Below the pieces are notes generated by a model. The model was not told the DNA's origin and made no database searches. It worked only from the letters and a program-made list of their open reading frames with translations. Positions 61,111 to 64,000 of a DNA stretch of 64,000 nt are shown here, piece by piece; the stretch's first letter is position 1, and each line of letters starts with the position of its first letter. The position numbers and the translations under genes are program-made. This DNA is from Azolla caroliniana. Its lineage: Eukaryota > Plantae > Polypodiophyta. The DNA lies in the NCBI GenBank assembly GCA_043228905.1, contig JBHGNT010000158.1, positions 70-64,069 on the forward strand, written 5' to 3'.

Positions 61111-63639
61111 TTAAACATATGCTATGGTCTCCACATCTGCATACAGATGACACATTAATACATAAGCCACAGCATTCTCTTGATCCAAATGTGTCGCATG
61201 CTGAAAGGCTCTCTGTCCGAATTCAATATTTCCCCAGTTTCTGCAAGAATCTAGCAGTGTGTGCCACATTGTCAGATTAGGACAGAAAGGCATCTTCTTT
61301 ATCATTGCTACTGCCTTGTCTAATTGACCTAACCGTAAAAGGAGGCCCACACAGCATACATAGTGCTCCACAGTGGGCGCAATACCATAGTCTTTGCTCA
61401 TTGCTTCCAAGTATTTGTGACTTTCATTCAACAAGCCTGAAGACCTACACGTACTTAAAAGGACAAGAAATGTAACCATATCTGGCTTTATACCTTCTCC
61501 CAGCATTCGGTCAAAGGTATGAAAAACATTTCCAGTTTGTCCAATTTGAGCATATCCTGCCATTAGGGAATTCCATGAGACTCTATCTCGACTAAGAAGC
61601 TTTTCGAACACTTGTTCTGCTTTTCTTAGCAAACCACATTTTGCATACATATCCACAAGTGTACTGCCAACAAACAGGTCCGTTTCAAGCAATCCCTGTC
61701 TTTCAATTTCTGCATGTATTTCTCGGCCTTTTTCTGCAGCACCTATGCCGGTGCAACTTTTGAGTACACAGACAAGAGTAACAACATCCGGAGAAACTCC
61801 ATCTTGCTGCATCTGTTCAAAACATTCCATAGCTTCCTCACCTTGTCCGTGTTCAGCATATCCTGTAATTAATGCATTCCAAGACACAATGTCTCGAGTT
61901 GGAAGCTTGTCAAATACCTGTTGAGCTTGCACAAGCAAGCCACATTTAGCATACATATCAACCAAAACATTAGCAATAACTGGGTTTCCCTGTAGCAACC
62001 CACGTCCCTCTATTTCAGCATGAATTTTTTCACCTCTATCTTTGGCTCCTGTGCTTCCACAAGCCTTTAAGAAGTGGATGTATGTGAAAGAATCTGGGTC
62101 AATGTCTTCAACTTTCATCTGTTCAAAACATTCTATTGCTTTCTCCCCATGTCCATTGTCAACATACCCACCAATTATTGCAGTCCATGATACAACATTT
62201 CTGACTGGAATTCTCATAAATACATAGTAAGCTTCTGCAAGTAACCCACATTTCCCATACATGTCAACTAAGGTGTTACCGACAAGGCCTCTGTCCAGTA
62301 GCCCTTGTCTTTCAATCTCAGCATGTATTTCTTGACCCACACCAATAGCACCTACATTACCACAAGATTTTAATATACAGACAAATGTCACGGGATCTGG
62401 TTGAACACCCTCGATTTTCATCTGCATATAATACTTCACTGTTTCTTCACCATGTTCGGATTCAGCATATCCTGCAATTAATGCATTCCACGCGACAGAA
62501 TTTCGAACTAGAAGGGTGTCAAAGACATCATTTGCCTTTCCAAGAAAGCCAGATGTTGCATAAATATGAATCAAGGTACTGCCAAGAAATAAGTCTGTCT
62601 CTAAACTTTTTTGCTTTTCAACTTCAGCACATATTTCTTGTGCCTTTTCTATTGAAGCTATGGTGCTACACGCTTTCAATGTAGAGATGAAGGTTGCAGA
62701 ATTGGGAGAAACACCCTCAAGTTTCATCTGTTCAAAGCATTTGATTGCTTTATCATGTTCGCCACATGTAGAATATCCTGAAATCAATGTATTCCATGAC
62801 TCCAAATGTCGGTTCTGAAGATCATCAAATACTTGTTGAGCTCTTGCAATCAAACCACACTTAGCATACATCTCAATCAGTGCATTACCAAAATCAAAGT
62901 TCCTGTTATTCAATCCCAGTCTTTCAATCTCAGCATGAATTTGTTTACCCCTACCAATGGCACCCATTTTACCACAAATTCTCAAGGCACAAACGTATGT
63001 GACCCCATCTGGAGAAATTCCTTCCTTTTGCATTTGTCCAAAGGATTTAAGAGCTTCTTCATCAAGCCCATAGTCAGAATATCCCATGATAAGTGTGGTC
63101 CATGTGACAACATTTCTGAGATAAAGTCTATCGAATGCTGCTTGTGCTTTTGCAAGGGACCCACATTTAACATACATATTCACCAAGGAACTTCCAGCAA
63201 AAGCTCCTCCTTCAAGCAATCCCATTATAACCATCCTTGCATGTATTTCTTGGCCTTTTTCCATGGATCCTATGCTGCTACAAGCTTGTAAACAACAAAC
63301 AAATGTCATAGGATCTGAGCAAACACCTTCACTTTGCATCAGCTGGAAACATTTGAGTGCTTCCTCACCACAACCATGTTGTGCATACCCTTGAATCAAT
63401 GAGGTCCATGCAATGATATCCCGCACAGGTAGCCTATCAAAATGATATTGTGCTTTGTCGAGAAGCCCAAACTTACCACACATACCCACCAAGCAAGTAC
63501 CAACCAAAAGGTCTGTTTCAAGAGACCCAATCCTCATGGCATGTATGGCCAGAAATTGCTTCAAATCGTTCAGCTTCTTGCAGAGCCTGCTAGGGTGAAG
63601 GGAGGAGCTATTCTTCTTTTGCATTATTATTTTTTTCAA
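61111..63639 (-). CDS. PLS-class PPR protein with E domain, no DYW
   Basis: 842-codon ORF of P-L-S triplets ending EHYVCCVGLL...WHTLLDSC...AYVLMCHLYA. True start uncertain; an upstream exon is possible. Confidence 0.93.
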   Translation of the reverse strand: MKKIIMQKKNSSSLHPSRLCKKLNDLKQFLAIHAMRIGSLETDLLVGTCLVGMCGKFGLLDKAQYHFDRLPVRDIIAWTSLIQGYAQHGCGEEALKCFQLMQSEGVCSDPMTFVCCLQACSSIGSMEKGQEIHARMVIMGLLEGGAFAGSSLVNMYVKCGSLAKAQAAFDRLYLRNVVTWTTLIMGYSDYGLDEEALKSFGQMQKEGISPDGVTYVCALRICGKMGAIGRGKQIHAEIERLGLNNRNFDFGNALIEMYAKCGLIARAQQVFDDLQNRHLESWNTLISGYSTCGEHDKAIKCFEQMKLEGVSPNSATFISTLKACSTIASIEKAQEICAEVEKQKSLETDLFLGSTLIHIYATSGFLGKANDVFDTLLVRNSVAWNALIAGYAESEHGEETVKYYMQMKIEGVQPDPVTFVCILKSCGNVGAIGVGQEIHAEIERQGLLDRGLVGNTLVDMYGKCGLLAEAYYVFMRIPVRNVVSWTAIIGGYVDNGHGEKAIECFEQMKVEDIDPDSFTYIHFLKACGSTGAKDRGEKIHAEIEGRGLLQGNPVIANVLVDMYAKCGLLVQAQQVFDKLPTRDIVSWNALITGYAEHGQGEEAMECFEQMQQDGVSPDVVTLVCVLKSCTGIGAAEKGREIHAEIERQGLLETDLFVGSTLVDMYAKCGLLRKAEQVFEKLLSRDRVSWNSLMAGYAQIGQTGNVFHTFDRMLGEGIKPDMVTFLVLLSTCRSSGLLNESHKYLEAMSKDYGIAPTVEHYVCCVGLLLRLGQLDKAVAMIKKMPFCPNLTMWHTLLDSCRNWGNIEFGQRAFQHATHLDQENAVAYVLMCHLYADVETIAYV

Positions 63640-64000
63640 AAGAGATGGAGAGAAGCCCGGGGCATATCACATTTGGCATGATGCATGATCATGAGGGGAG
63701 GGGGGGGGGGGGGGGGGGGGGGGGCAGGGGTTCCAGCAACTGCACCTGCACCTGCACCTGGTAGACGAGTGGTGCAAGCAAGCAAGAGCCAGAATCCATC
63801 CTGCGAGGAAATGGAAACCCTCTGGGAAATGGCAGAATACCCTGCCTGCTCTCCTGCGCCATTCCTCCATCCTATGCAGGAACAGGGGGGGGCGATAACA
63901 TGGCTTCATCTACTTCATTTCATCTTCTTCACAAATCAAATTATGTATGTATGTATGTATTGTTGGTTGGAACAGAGCACTAAGAAGCACTATAATAATT

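Noticed and set aside
63667-63909. 80-aa ORF with poly-Pro upstream of the second PPR gene
   Set aside because: Driven by a poly-G tract. It may be UTR or a frameshifted N-terminus, which I cannot resolve from the sequence.

Overview
Eukaryotic plant nuclear DNA. A fern with a compact genome is my inference, from the PLS-PPR motif style, gene density and short introns. I reconstructed 11 protein-coding genes by hand: ATXR2-like SET protein (+), GPC1/GPCAT acyltransferase (-), a divergent TGD2-like MCE protein (-), histone H2A (+), USB1 (-), a DUF1191-like membrane protein (+), a GC-rich intronless GH5 (-), a SagB-type nitroreductase (-), two PLS-E PPR genes (-), and a 12-exon coiled-coil gene (+) that the ORF track largely misses and that resembles the synaptonemal-complex protein SCEP1. 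Between the genes are degenerate LINE and Ty3/gypsy remnants, MITE-like elements and many short tandem duplications. I see no convincing new multi-gene system. The best leads are the putative SCEP1 orthologue, a 160-bp TGT..ACA inverted-repeat element with a 5-bp TSD, a U12 intron whose donor and branch point look like duplicates of one another, and the divergent TGD2 and H2A variants. Homology calls come from remembered sequences, not database searches.
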